Shown here piece after piece: positions 10,366 to 19,441 of a DNA stretch of 64,000 bases. Each line of letters starts with the position of its first letter. Position 1 is the first letter of the stretch. A program made the translations under genes and the position numbers. Location: IMG/VR virus record IMGVR_UViG_3300050821_013430, positions 62,001-126,000 of that record; one strand, 5' to 3'. The notes below the pieces were generated by a model that ran no database searches, was not told the origin of the DNA, and worked only from the letters and a program-made list of their open reading frames with translations.

Positions 10366-10752
10366 ATGAAGGATACACGAGAGTTTTGGATTACAAATTT
10401 GTCGAATAGGAATGTTTCTTTATCGGACCTATATATTAGCGTTCCGGCGATGAGTACCGTCAATTTATTGGATTCTAAGCATTATTCTTTTACTTTTGAT
10501 CAATTGCAAAAATCGGCCACAGAAGGCTCGCTTTTTAGAAAACAGAAAATGATTGTTCTTAGGGAAATAGGCCCGTACTCTACCAATATTCCTCATAGTA
10601 TTCAATTAGATACAAATTCTCCTATGCCTCAACGCTCTCGTTCGGCTTATGAAATCAAAGAAGAAAAATTCGAAGAACTGGAAGTATCGGATGAAGAATT
10701 TGCAGAACAAACCGCTGACAGTGTATCGCAAGAAAAACCAGTTAGCAAATGA
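10366..10752 (+). CDS. Hypothetical protein
   Basis: Start reassigned to MKDTREFWITN, 6 nt after AGAATTAGGCAT. Confidence 0.6.
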   Translation: MKDTREFWITNLSNRNVSLSDLYISVPAMSTVNLLDSKHYSFTFDQLQKSATEGSLFRKQKMIVLREIGPYSTNIPHSIQLDTNSPMPQRSRSAYEIKEEKFEELEVSDEEFAEQTADSVSQEKPVSK

Positions 10753-10765
10753 GGATAATACAATT

Positions 10766-11062
10766 ATGCCTAATTTATATGAATGGATTTTAGCGGCGTT
10801 TTCAGCAATCAGTTTGTTGCTGAGTTTTCTCAATTTTAAGGATCGTCGCTCTAAAGAGCAAACAGAAAACGTATCCGACCAATTAGAAACGCTAAATAAA
10901 TCACATAAAGAAATTGAGGATAAGGTAGCAAAACAAATAGCAAACCATAATGATTCTCAGAAAGCAATGGAAATCAAAGTAGCCGTATTAGAAGAGCGAA
11001 TCAATAACGAAATTCATATTCTAAATAAGATGAACGAAAAACTTGACGACTATCTAAAATAA
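10766..11062 (+). CDS. Membrane-anchored coiled-coil protein (possibly lysis-related)
   Basis: GAGGA SD, N-terminal TM helix WILAAFSAISLLLSFL, then coiled coil. Confidence 0.55.
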   Translation: MPNLYEWILAAFSAISLLLSFLNFKDRRSKEQTENVSDQLETLNKSHKEIEDKVAKQIANHNDSQKAMEIKVAVLEERINNEIHILNKMNEKLDDYLK

Positions 11063-11072
11063 TGAGGATCTA

Positions 11073-11234
11073 ATGACCGATAAGCCAGAAGTATTGATAG
11101 AAGAAGTTGAATCAAAATTAGAAGAAGCACGACGATCTAAGCGTCTTGAAAAATTTCGAGAACTGGATAAAAAAATTGATGAAATTTCGAGACGTAGGCG
11201 GATGCAGGGATTTAAGAAAGCTTCGGAAAATTGA
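11073..11234 (+). CDS. Small coiled-coil hypothetical protein (53 aa, not in ORF track)
   Basis: GAGGA SD, reads MTDKPEVLIEEVESKLEEARRSKRLEKF...SEN*. Confidence 0.55.
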   Translation: MTDKPEVLIEEVESKLEEARRSKRLEKFRELDKKIDEISRRRRMQGFKKASEN

Positions 11235-11237
11235 ACA

Positions 11238-11474
11238 TTATAGGATTGGCGTAATTTCAACGGCTTTTGGCTGACCGCGTAAATTAGTTCCTAACTTAAA
11301 AGAAACTTTTTGATCTTTGTTGAGGGTCTTATAGCCACCCATTACAATATCGGAATAGTGCAAGAAAATATCTTTTTGTGGCGCTCCATTTTCATCGCTC
11401 CATTGGGCAAATCCAAATCCCTTTTGAGCACTAAACCAAATCACTACGCCGCTATATACTTTATCATTTTCCAT
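11238..11474 (-). CDS. Cold-shock domain protein
   Basis: GVVIWF..KGFGF (RNP1), DIFLHYS (RNP2), QPKAVEI. Confidence 0.9.
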   Translation of the reverse strand: MENDKVYSGVVIWFSAQKGFGFAQWSDENGAPQKDIFLHYSDIVMGGYKTLNKDQKVSFKLGTNLRGQPKAVEITPIL

Positions 11475-11482
11475 CTTATTCC

Positions 11483-11791
11483 TTACTTATTTTCCTCATC
11501 ATCTTTACTGGTTTTGGCCACTTCTCCACCAATAATAAGATTACCACCACGACCTAAATAACGACCATCGAGTAAATTACTAACTTCCAAAACTCCAAGT
11601 TTGCCCATTGCCTTTAACTCTTCTTCATTGGTACAATTACGCATTACTTTGTCCCATTTGTCAAATAATTGTAATAATTCTACTTCACAGCCTTTCCATT
11701 TGGCCTCTTCGATCAAACGGAGACGATAATCTCGCTCTGGAATAACGTATGTACCATCGGGATTTCTCTTTACTTTACCTTTTAATGCCAT
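11483..11791 (-). CDS. Hypothetical protein
   Basis: Intact ORF with GAAAGG SD in the gene run. Confidence 0.6.
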   Translation of the reverse strand: MALKGKVKRNPDGTYVIPERDYRLRLIEEAKWKGCEVELLQLFDKWDKVMRNCTNEEELKAMGKLGVLEVSNLLDGRYLGRGGNLIIGGEVAKTSKDDEENK

Positions 11792-11814
11792 AATGTCTTA
11801 CCTTTCTGAATAAA

Positions 11815-12207
11815 CTACGGATGCGACCATGCCTGTACAGTTACTACTGGAGAGCCGGATGAACCTGTTTGCACACGGAACCAAATAGTAGAAATAACTC
11901 GATTTTGGAATGTCAATGAGATATTTTCAAAACAACTTCCTAATTCTCCATGTACTGTATTACCATTGAAAGAATATTCGACAACGGCGCCGGGGACCCA
12001 CGTATTACCACTACTACCTGCTGCCGTTAAATTGGTCATTATTACAGTGTAGGTAGGAACAGCTAAATTTATAATTACTGAGGGCTGATAACCATCAACC
12101 GTATCGCTGCCAAAAGTAGTGGTAGCAGTTACGGTGAATTTTTGGAAAAAATTATAATCATAACCATGATTAGTGTATCCAATACCTGGAAAATTATTAC
12201 TTGGCAT
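11815..12207 (-). CDS. Small beta-rich putative virion protein
   Basis: VVEYSFNGNTVHGEL..IWFR, preceded by the late-promoter motif. Confidence 0.5.
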   Translation of the reverse strand: MPSNNFPGIGYTNHGYDYNFFQKFTVTATTTFGSDTVDGYQPSVIINLAVPTYTVIMTNLTAAGSSGNTWVPGAVVEYSFNGNTVHGELGSCFENISLTFQNRVISTIWFRVQTGSSGSPVVTVQAWSHP

Positions 12208-12232
12208 CTATGACCTCTCTACTTATGCCTAA

Positions 12233-13093
12233 TTATACCGAGTATTTCTTCTTTGCATCACCATACCCGATTTCCATCATTTTTTTGATCTTATGAGGGC
12301 TAAAATCCAAAATATTATCCACTAAATTGAAATCAGGCCTAATTACTTGTAATTTTACTAGCTTTTTATCGCTTACTCCGGCTGCGGCTAACTTATTGTA
12401 CATAATGGCCTTTTCTAAGTCATTGGACATAATTTTGTCAGATGATAAATCAATACTTCGCTTAAAAATGTCTAAAATATTAGGATTTTCAATGAAATTT
12501 TTGTTCCGAGTTTCAGGAGACGTCATAATGATATCAATTTCATCGGCATTTAGATCCAATGCCTCAGCAATTGGACTAATACTCTTGGTGCCACCATCAG
12601 CCCACCATTGATTTTTCATCCAAACAGGAGACAGTAAGCCAGGAAAAGAAGCAGAAGCAACAACTGCATCTATAAAATCATCATCAGTTTGAGAGAAGGT
12701 GGTGTATTTCCCAGAACAAAGAGAAACTGCGCCTACAATCACTTGTTTGCCAGAGGCACGAATTTTATCCAATGAAATATGAGTTTTGATTAATTTAGCC
12801 AATGGGGCGCTATCAAACACTGATTTTTCCCAAAGAGCGTGGAATTTGCCAAAGGGCTGCCAGCGTTGATATACCTGTTTGGTTGTCAATTTTTCCCAAA
12901 GAGAAGTTAAATCCTGAGCGGCTTGAATTTCTTGACCTGTTGGATACATAGCAAGAAGAGCGGCATTGATGGCTCCGACGCTGACGCCTAGGTAAGCGTC
13001 GTATTGTACTTGTAATTCTCCAAGCAAATATTTGAGGGCTCCGGCCTGAGACGCCCCTTTTGATCCGCCACCTGATAAAACAAGCGCCTTCAT
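12233..13093 (-). CDS. Patatin-like phospholipase
   Basis: LSGGGSKG, GVSVG nucleophile and ADGG motifs. Start at MKALVL with GGAG SD. Confidence 0.9.
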   Translation of the reverse strand: MKALVLSGGGSKGASQAGALKYLLGELQVQYDAYLGVSVGAINAALLAMYPTGQEIQAAQDLTSLWEKLTTKQVYQRWQPFGKFHALWEKSVFDSAPLAKLIKTHISLDKIRASGKQVIVGAVSLCSGKYTTFSQTDDDFIDAVVASASFPGLLSPVWMKNQWWADGGTKSISPIAEALDLNADEIDIIMTSPETRNKNFIENPNILDIFKRSIDLSSDKIMSNDLEKAIMYNKLAAAGVSDKKLVKLQVIRPDFNLVDNILDFSPHKIKKMMEIGYGDAKKKYSV

Positions 13094-13124
13094 ATATGTC
13101 TCCAAGTTTGACGTTTTATTATAT

Positions 13125-13985
13125 TCATTCATCACCCAACAGCAAATGCATTCTTTTTTCTTCACTATGTAAAGATAGATCAGCACGCTCCAATGTATCT
13201 ATTATCATTTTAGACAATTCTAATCCACTTCTCCAATCTTTTTTTCCATCAATCAATTGTAAAAACGTTTCAATCGAAGAAGCGAGCGGCAAAGTTCGAT
13301 CAATTTTTACCACTTTCCCATTATGTATCAGTTTGTCTTCTCGTATATCATCATATATAATCGTTTCTTTTCCTCCAAAAACCTCAAAATAACGACTTTT
13401 ATTTTGGGCTCCATTACCAATTTGAGCACTTACTCTGACTCCACCTATATTGAGGTGCAAATCAAATATCTCGCCCTGAGAATGCCACGAAGGCATTCGT
13501 GCCGCATAATCAATTGATGTTTGATTATTTAACAAAGCAAAACACATCGACAGATCGTGAGAACCATAATCAAATAAAGACGAATAATCTCGGAAGGGGC
13601 CGTTTCCATAGCCTCTGGTAAAAATACCATCAATTCGATCCCAAGACAGAACAATTTCTCGTAATTTGAGGAAGGCGGGAGCAAAAATATGTTGATGGTT
13701 GACCAAAATAGGAGCAGAAAACCTATCCAATATTTTTATCTCGTTTAGAGAAAGAGCCAATGGCTTTTCTACCATCACGGGTACATTACGCTCTAAAGCA
13801 TAATGAGCAATATCAATATGAGATTGTGGCGGAGTAGCGATAATCACCCCGTCTGGCTGCTCATCCAATAAAGACTTCCAATTATGTCTAGTTGCAATTT
13901 GCAAAGAGACATCAGGAAAATCAGCAAGAGTAGAGACATAATTTCTACCCCAATGACCATTACCAATAAGTAAGATATTACTCAT
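13125..13985 (-). CDS. Gfo/Idh/MocA-family oxidoreductase
   Basis: IGNGHWG Rossmann motif, IATPPQSH, VEKP. Confidence 0.85.
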   Translation of the reverse strand: MSNILLIGNGHWGRNYVSTLADFPDVSLQIATRHNWKSLLDEQPDGVIIATPPQSHIDIAHYALERNVPVMVEKPLALSLNEIKILDRFSAPILVNHQHIFAPAFLKLREIVLSWDRIDGIFTRGYGNGPFRDYSSLFDYGSHDLSMCFALLNNQTSIDYAARMPSWHSQGEIFDLHLNIGGVRVSAQIGNGAQNKSRYFEVFGGKETIIYDDIREDKLIHNGKVVKIDRTLPLASSIETFLQLIDGKKDWRSGLELSKMIIDTLERADLSLHSEEKRMHLLLGDE

Positions 13986-14928
13986 AACGATTTCTGTATT
14001 CTAGATACCAATTTACACACTCAAAAAGACCTCTATCAAAATCGAATATAGGCCTCCATCCTAATGCCTTGATTTTAGAGCAATCCACCGAATACCTAAA
14101 ATCGTGGCCGGTCCGGTCTTTGATAAAATCAATGGCCGGATTTTCGACCTTCAGGATTTGACTGATTCGCTTCACGACTTCCAAATTGGTCAGCTCCACC
14201 CCAGAGCCAATGTTGTAGGTCTCATTGGCGGGAGCCTTTTCCACGATCTTCATAATGGCCGAGCAGTTGTCCTTGACATAGAGCCACTCCCGCATCTGCT
14301 TGCCCTCTCCGTGAATAGGGATCGGCTTGCCATCCATAATCGATGTGATGACCTTCGGGACCAAGTTGCGAGGGGGTTGGCGGGGCCCGTAGTTATTGCA
14401 GCAGCGCGTGATGTTGTATGGTAGTCCGTGAGTTTGATTAGCGGCGACCACCAACATTTCAGCACAGGCTTTGGAGGCGGAGTATGGGTTTCTGGGTTTG
14501 AGGGGTGAGTGTTCGGTCCAGGACGGATCACCGATCTTGAGTTGGCCGTATATCTCATCGGTTGATATCATAATGAACCGCTCCACTTGATACTTGAGCG
14601 CCAGATCTACCATCACCTGGGTACCCACGATGTTGGAATGAACGAAAGGCTTGGCGCTTCGGATCGAGTCATCCACGAAACTCTCGGCTGCTCCGTGAAT
14701 GACGATGTTGGGCCGTTCCAGAGCAAATACGTTGTCCATAAAAATCTCATCTGCAATATCACCCATATAGAAAGTGTGGCCAGTATTGCGATAGATGTTC
14801 TTGAGGTTGTAGGGGGCGATGATTTTATCAACGCTCGAGAATTTGTAGTCCAGGCGATCATCAAAGACCTTCCTAATAAAGTTGCTGAAGATAAACCCGG
14901 CCGAGCCGGTCACGAGCACGCGTTTCAT
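13978..14928 (-). CDS. rfbB: dTDP-glucose 4,6-dehydratase
   Basis: VTGSAGFI, AAESFVDDS, ISTDEIYG, PYSASKA, NNYGP, DRTGHDFRY. Confidence 0.9.
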   Translation of the reverse strand: MKRVLVTGSAGFIFSNFIRKVFDDRLDYKFSSVDKIIAPYNLKNIYRNTGHTFYMGDIADEIFMDNVFALERPNIVIHGAAESFVDDSIRSAKPFVHSNIVGTQVMVDLALKYQVERFIMISTDEIYGQLKIGDPSWTEHSPLKPRNPYSASKACAEMLVVAANQTHGLPYNITRCCNNYGPRQPPRNLVPKVITSIMDGKPIPIHGEGKQMREWLYVKDNCSAIMKIVEKAPANETYNIGSGVELTNLEVVKRISQILKVENPAIDFIKDRTGHDFRYSVDCSKIKALGWRPIFDFDRGLFECVNWYLEYRNRYE

Positions 14929-15836
14929 TGGCCATCCCATCCTTGCAAAGCGTCCTCAATGGATTTAAGGTAGGACGCGTGATGTTGATTGAAGCCCCAT
15001 TGATAGTAATCCGGCACCGCCTGGCACACCTTCGTTAGAGCATCTTCGGAGGTCATCTTGTTGCATCCGCGAAGAACGGCGTAGGCAAAATGCGGACTTC
15101 GTGAGGCACCAACGTGGCAATGGAGGTAAATGGGCCGATCCGAATGCTGTTGAGCAAACTTGACTGCCTGCCTAACGTAATCGGCAGGAAAAGGATTGCC
15201 ATCATCCTGAACCGGCAGTTCCAAGAGGTTATCGATCTGCTTGTCCTTGTCCGTATGACCATCTACGTTGATCACGGATCCGATACTGAAATCTCTGGTC
15301 AGGTGTTCCCAGTCCTTTTGGTCGCAAATGTTGCCACCCACCAGGAGATGGGGCGCTACCCAATACCTTGCCATCGTTGGATTAGTAGGACTAACGGTAT
15401 TGATGTAGGTTTCTGCCACCCCCACGTTCAGTTCGAGTAGTTGTCGGATAAGATAATCGGCTTTGCCAGCCATTACCTCCGGCTTGCTAAAAAGATGAGT
15501 AGCACCCGCGACTATCATATTGGCGTTATTCTGCTGGATGCCGGAGAAAGTGATGACTGGTATGGATAAGTTCTTGCTTTTCAACCAGTTGAGCAGGTCA
15601 ATGCCATTACCCTGCGGCATATCGTGATCCAAAATGATGACGTCAATCTTGACGCTGCTGATGATAGCCGCGGCTGCGAGGGCACCCGGCACCACGCTGA
15701 ATTGCACCTCGGTCTGGGGCCCAAAAATGCTGGCGAAATGCTCGATAACGCCCTTTTGGCAGTGGAGATCGTCCTCACAAATTAGGACGTGCTTCTGGGG
15801 ATATTTGAGCCGGTTGATATGTCTGAACTGGAACAT
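14925..15836 (-). CDS. Response-regulator receiver domain fused to a dual-specificity phosphatase
   Basis: VLICEDD, ILDHDMPQGNG, ITFSG and SKP receiver motifs, then LHCHVGASRS (CX5R). Confidence 0.8.
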   Translation of the reverse strand: MFQFRHINRLKYPQKHVLICEDDLHCQKGVIEHFASIFGPQTEVQFSVVPGALAAAAIISSVKIDVIILDHDMPQGNGIDLLNWLKSKNLSIPVITFSGIQQNNANMIVAGATHLFSKPEVMAGKADYLIRQLLELNVGVAETYINTVSPTNPTMARYWVAPHLLVGGNICDQKDWEHLTRDFSIGSVINVDGHTDKDKQIDNLLELPVQDDGNPFPADYVRQAVKFAQQHSDRPIYLHCHVGASRSPHFAYAVLRGCNKMTSEDALTKVCQAVPDYYQWGFNQHHASYLKSIEDALQGWDGQ

Positions 15837-17261
15837 TTATGAACCCTTCCTTGTTAGCTCTTCGATTGCGGGAAACCACGGCATGCCGCGATCGATACCA
15901 CCACACGACTGACATCTGGCCCCGCCTATCTTGATGCCATTGAAACTGCCGCTATATTTGGGGTCTTCGATCCAAGGGCCATCGCTACAAGTGCAGGTCA
16001 TGTTCTCGCAATATCGCTGCACCTTCAGCTCCGGCAAAGGCACAATGAAAGTGGGATACCTGACATTTTTGAAATGCTGATACCACTGCTGCTGACACTT
16101 TTCGATTATTGAGTCCGCAAAGTTCCAGGCGAGGATCAATAACACATCCGGCTTGCGTTCCAAAATGGCTTGTGAGGTATAGATGAGAATATGCTTACCG
16201 GGAGTAAATGTTCCTTGTTTCAAGGGAGCATCATCTACCGCGAAATCAATCCATTCTTCTTTGATCCCAAGAGCATACATTAAGGTCGTAGCTTTAGCCG
16301 GGGCGCCGTAGATGGCGATGGATTTATCCTGATCTCTCAGATCTCGGAGTTTTTCACGAAGTTCTAGTCCTAGATACTTGATATTGTGGGCCAGTTGCTT
16401 GACCTTCTTCTCAATGTCTTGTTCTTGTTGCGGCAAATCACCTAGTCCGGCGCTTAATGCACCACGATACCATCTACCAAGGCCGAAATCTTCTTGGCAA
16501 CGAACAAAAACTCGAATTGATCCCCCGTGATTTGGAATTCTTTCGACATCAAACAAATCCAAACCGTGGCCGGTAAAAAATGGGCGCAAGGGCCCTACGG
16601 TATGGTAAGAGCTGTGCTCGTGGTAAATAGTGTCGAATAAGGTATGGTCGCACACATCAGCGAAATAGGACACCTCGAACACGAATACTCCCTGCGGAGC
16701 CAGCAGCTTCTTGACACCCTTGGTAAAGTCAACCAGGTCGGGGCAATGGGCAAACACGTTGTTGGCCACGATCAAATCAAACTGACCGTGTTCCTTGAGC
16801 ATCTTATCGGCATAGGCCTCGGTGAAAAACTCCGTGATGGTCTCGATGCCCTTCTTGTTAGCTTCGTCCGCGATGTTCCGGGCTGGATCGATGCCCATGA
16901 CCTTCATTCCCAGATCCTTGAAGTGCTGCAACATCACTCCGTCGTTGCTGGCAATTTCCAGGATTTTGCTGCCAGGCTTCAGATCAAACTTTTCGACCAT
17001 TGACACTGCATACTTACGAAAATGCTCCACATTGACGGGGGAGGTACCAGCCACATAATGGTAGTGGCGAAAAATCCGCTCCGGATCAATACTCTGATTG
17101 AGCTGGTAGTGCCCACAGGAGGCGCAACAACACACTTGTAGCGGAAAAAGGTCCTGGGGGCTGGGAGAGGACAAAAATTCGTTAGCAAGCGGCGTGGAGC
17201 CTAAATCTAATACCGGTGCGCCGAGGGGGCCCTTGCACAATCTGCACTTATCAGTCTTCAT
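15837..17261 (-). CDS. NDP-hexose C-methyltransferase (SAM-dependent)
   Basis: CRLC..LGSTPLAN..CASC, EIASNDG, NNVFAH, YHEH, HGGSIR, YGAPAKA, LAWNF. Confidence 0.9.
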   Translation of the reverse strand: MKTDKCRLCKGPLGAPVLDLGSTPLANEFLSSPSPQDLFPLQVCCCASCGHYQLNQSIDPERIFRHYHYVAGTSPVNVEHFRKYAVSMVEKFDLKPGSKILEIASNDGVMLQHFKDLGMKVMGIDPARNIADEANKKGIETITEFFTEAYADKMLKEHGQFDLIVANNVFAHCPDLVDFTKGVKKLLAPQGVFVFEVSYFADVCDHTLFDTIYHEHSSYHTVGPLRPFFTGHGLDLFDVERIPNHGGSIRVFVRCQEDFGLGRWYRGALSAGLGDLPQQEQDIEKKVKQLAHNIKYLGLELREKLRDLRDQDKSIAIYGAPAKATTLMYALGIKEEWIDFAVDDAPLKQGTFTPGKHILIYTSQAILERKPDVLLILAWNFADSIIEKCQQQWYQHFKNVRYPTFIVPLPELKVQRYCENMTCTCSDGPWIEDPKYSGSFNGIKIGGARCQSCGGIDRGMPWFPAIEELTRKGS

Positions 17262-17690
17262 CTAAAACTCCTCTCGCACTAAATCGGCTTCGTGATGTTC
17301 GTGGTCCTTGATGCCGTGTCCCAGGGAAATCAACACCGTATCCTCCAGGAATACCGTGCGATGCACGTAGTATGGGCGAGTGAAAACCATCTCACCCGCC
17401 TTGACGACGATCGGCTCTCGATTAGCCTTTTCGGGTGATGTATCCACCGATCGCTCGTAGTATTCCATCGATCCCGATATGACGAAAAGGTAGTGCCAGT
17501 TCTCGTGATGCCAATGATTGCTACGTACCGATCCTGCCTTACTGGTAATGATAGCCACGCTGGTAATAGGTGATAAGAGTAGATTTTGGATGACACCAGT
17601 AGCATTCACAAAGGGCGCGTCCAATGGTACAAGAATATCTGCCGGAAACTCTCCACGACTAACCAAATCTCCATATTCTCTATTGTTCAT
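17262..17690 (-). CDS. Cupin-fold sugar epimerase/isomerase
   Basis: RSNHWH..WHYLFVISG..YVH cupin motifs, within the sugar operon. Confidence 0.7.
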   Translation of the reverse strand: MNNREYGDLVSRGEFPADILVPLDAPFVNATGVIQNLLLSPITSVAIITSKAGSVRSNHWHHENWHYLFVISGSMEYYERSVDTSPEKANREPIVVKAGEMVFTRPYYVHRTVFLEDTVLISLGHGIKDHEHHEADLVREEF

Positions 17691-18652
17691 CTTGCATCCT
17701 TATCTGACTTTACATACCAGTCTATTGTCTTTTTCAGCCCTTCTTGCAGTTCTGTCGTTGCCTCCCAATCCAATAGCTCCTTGGCTCGGCTTGTGTCCAA
17801 AAGCCTTTTTGGCTGACCATCTGAAACACTGCCATCGAATACTACCCTGCCCTGATACTCCGTTAGCTCTTTGATCAGGTGGGTCAGGTTCTTGATGCTA
17901 ATATCTTGTCCTACTCCCAGATTGATTGGTAAGTCGTTGTCAAAACGACTTGCGATTGCTTTGACAAGAACCTCAGCGGTGTCGCCAGCATAGAGAAACT
18001 CCCGAGTGGCATTGCCAGTACCCCAGCATTTGACCTCGGGTGCATTGGTATGCTTGGCATCTATGAACTTACGGATCAATGCCGGAATGACGTGGCTGTT
18101 GGTTAGATCGAAGTGATCGTACGGACCGTACATATTTACTGGAATTAGATGTGCCCCTTTGATACCATATTGGACTCGATATGTTTGCCCCAACATCATC
18201 AGCGTTCGTTTTGCTTGTGCGTATGGGAAATTGGTTTCTTCAGCGGCACCGTTCCAAATATTATCCTCCTTGAAAGGAACTGGACAGTATTTAGGATAGG
18301 CACACACTGAACCTAATGAATAGACATAAGGAACCTTCATCGTTCGTGCTGCTTCATAGACATTGAGTGCCATTTGAGTGTTATCTCGCAGGAAATCAGC
18401 CGGACTGTTCTTATTGGCTAGAATCCCGCCGCACTTCGCGGCCATATGCAGAATAGCAGTAGGTTGATATTGTCGAATGGCCCACCAAATATCGGCACCG
18501 TGATCGCATTCATTGCCGATATTTTGCGACGTTAGAATGTCCAAGTCTTTACTCTTTGGCGCCCAATATTCGATTTTAGCAGCATTCAATAACGGCAAAA
18601 GATGATGTCCGAGAAATCCATTGCCTCCCGTAATCAAAATGCGTTCTTTCAT
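17687..18652 (-). CDS. fcl: GDP-L-fucose synthase-like NDP-sugar epimerase/reductase
   Basis: AAKCGGILAN, GSVCAYPK, YAQAK, NMYGPYD, SHVIPALIRK, WGTGNATREFLY. Confidence 0.8.
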   Translation of the reverse strand: MKERILITGGNGFLGHHLLPLLNAAKIEYWAPKSKDLDILTSQNIGNECDHGADIWWAIRQYQPTAILHMAAKCGGILANKNSPADFLRDNTQMALNVYEAARTMKVPYVYSLGSVCAYPKYCPVPFKEDNIWNGAAEETNFPYAQAKRTLMMLGQTYRVQYGIKGAHLIPVNMYGPYDHFDLTNSHVIPALIRKFIDAKHTNAPEVKCWGTGNATREFLYAGDTAEVLVKAIASRFDNDLPINLGVGQDISIKNLTHLIKELTEYQGRVVFDGSVSDGQPKRLLDTSRAKELLDWEATTELQEGLKKTIDWYVKSDKDAR

Positions 18653-19440
18653 CGTTTCCTCTTGAATAAGTCTATCGTCTTTCTGATACCAGCATCCAAG
18701 GATGTTTGAGCTTCACAAATGAGTGATTTATTCGTAATCACCAAGGAACTGCCACTTTTGGTGCCTCGTACTATCTGGCAGCCGGTATGTTTAGAGACCA
18801 GCTCCGCTACCTCATATATCGAGTTCCACTGCAATGTGCTGGCGTCAAATACGCCTTTATATTCAAATGATAAGTGTAGGGCCCTACAAATATCGTCAAT
18901 ATGAATAAACTGTCTTTTTTCTTGACCATCGGTCATCATTCGTATGATATCATTAGACAATGCTTGATGAACGAAATCAGCAACTACATGGCTCTTGACA
19001 GACTGCGGCTCATAGGCCCCATAAACGTTCCAAAACCGTACCACCCGGCCCCCATTGAGTTGTGTCCAAACCTCACCAAGCCGCTTTAGGACGCCGTAAA
19101 CGGTATCGCAGTCCTCGGCGAGCTGACTGGAAACGAAAACGAAAGGGATATCGATCAGCTGATCCATCGAGTTGGTTAGAATTCTGATATTCCACTCAAG
19201 TTGTTCTTTTTGAGTATTAGGATCATAGAGGTAGTTGGCTCCACCAACTTTGAAGGCTAAAAAATAAACGCGATCAATATTAACCAGGGGTAAGGTGAAA
19301 AATCTGCAATCCTCATGCTCATTTCTGATGATATCGTATTCAATAACATTTTCTCCAAGGTCGCGAAGATAATGGCATAGGTATCGACCGACGAAACCAG
19401 AAGAGCCAAGAACAAGGTTATTCATCTTACTTATGCACAA
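18649..19440 (-). CDS. NAD-dependent epimerase/dehydratase
   Basis: GSSGFVG, YGVLK, NVYG, RQFIHIDD. Confidence 0.85.
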   Translation of the reverse strand: MCISKMNNLVLGSSGFVGRYLCHYLRDLGENVIEYDIIRNEHEDCRFFTLPLVNIDRVYFLAFKVGGANYLYDPNTQKEQLEWNIRILTNSMDQLIDIPFVFVSSQLAEDCDTVYGVLKRLGEVWTQLNGGRVVRFWNVYGAYEPQSVKSHVVADFVHQALSNDIIRMMTDGQEKRQFIHIDDICRALHLSFEYKGVFDASTLQWNSIYEVAELVSKHTGCQIVRGTKSGSSLVITNKSLICEAQTSLDAGIRKTIDLFKRKR

Positions 19441-19441
19441 T

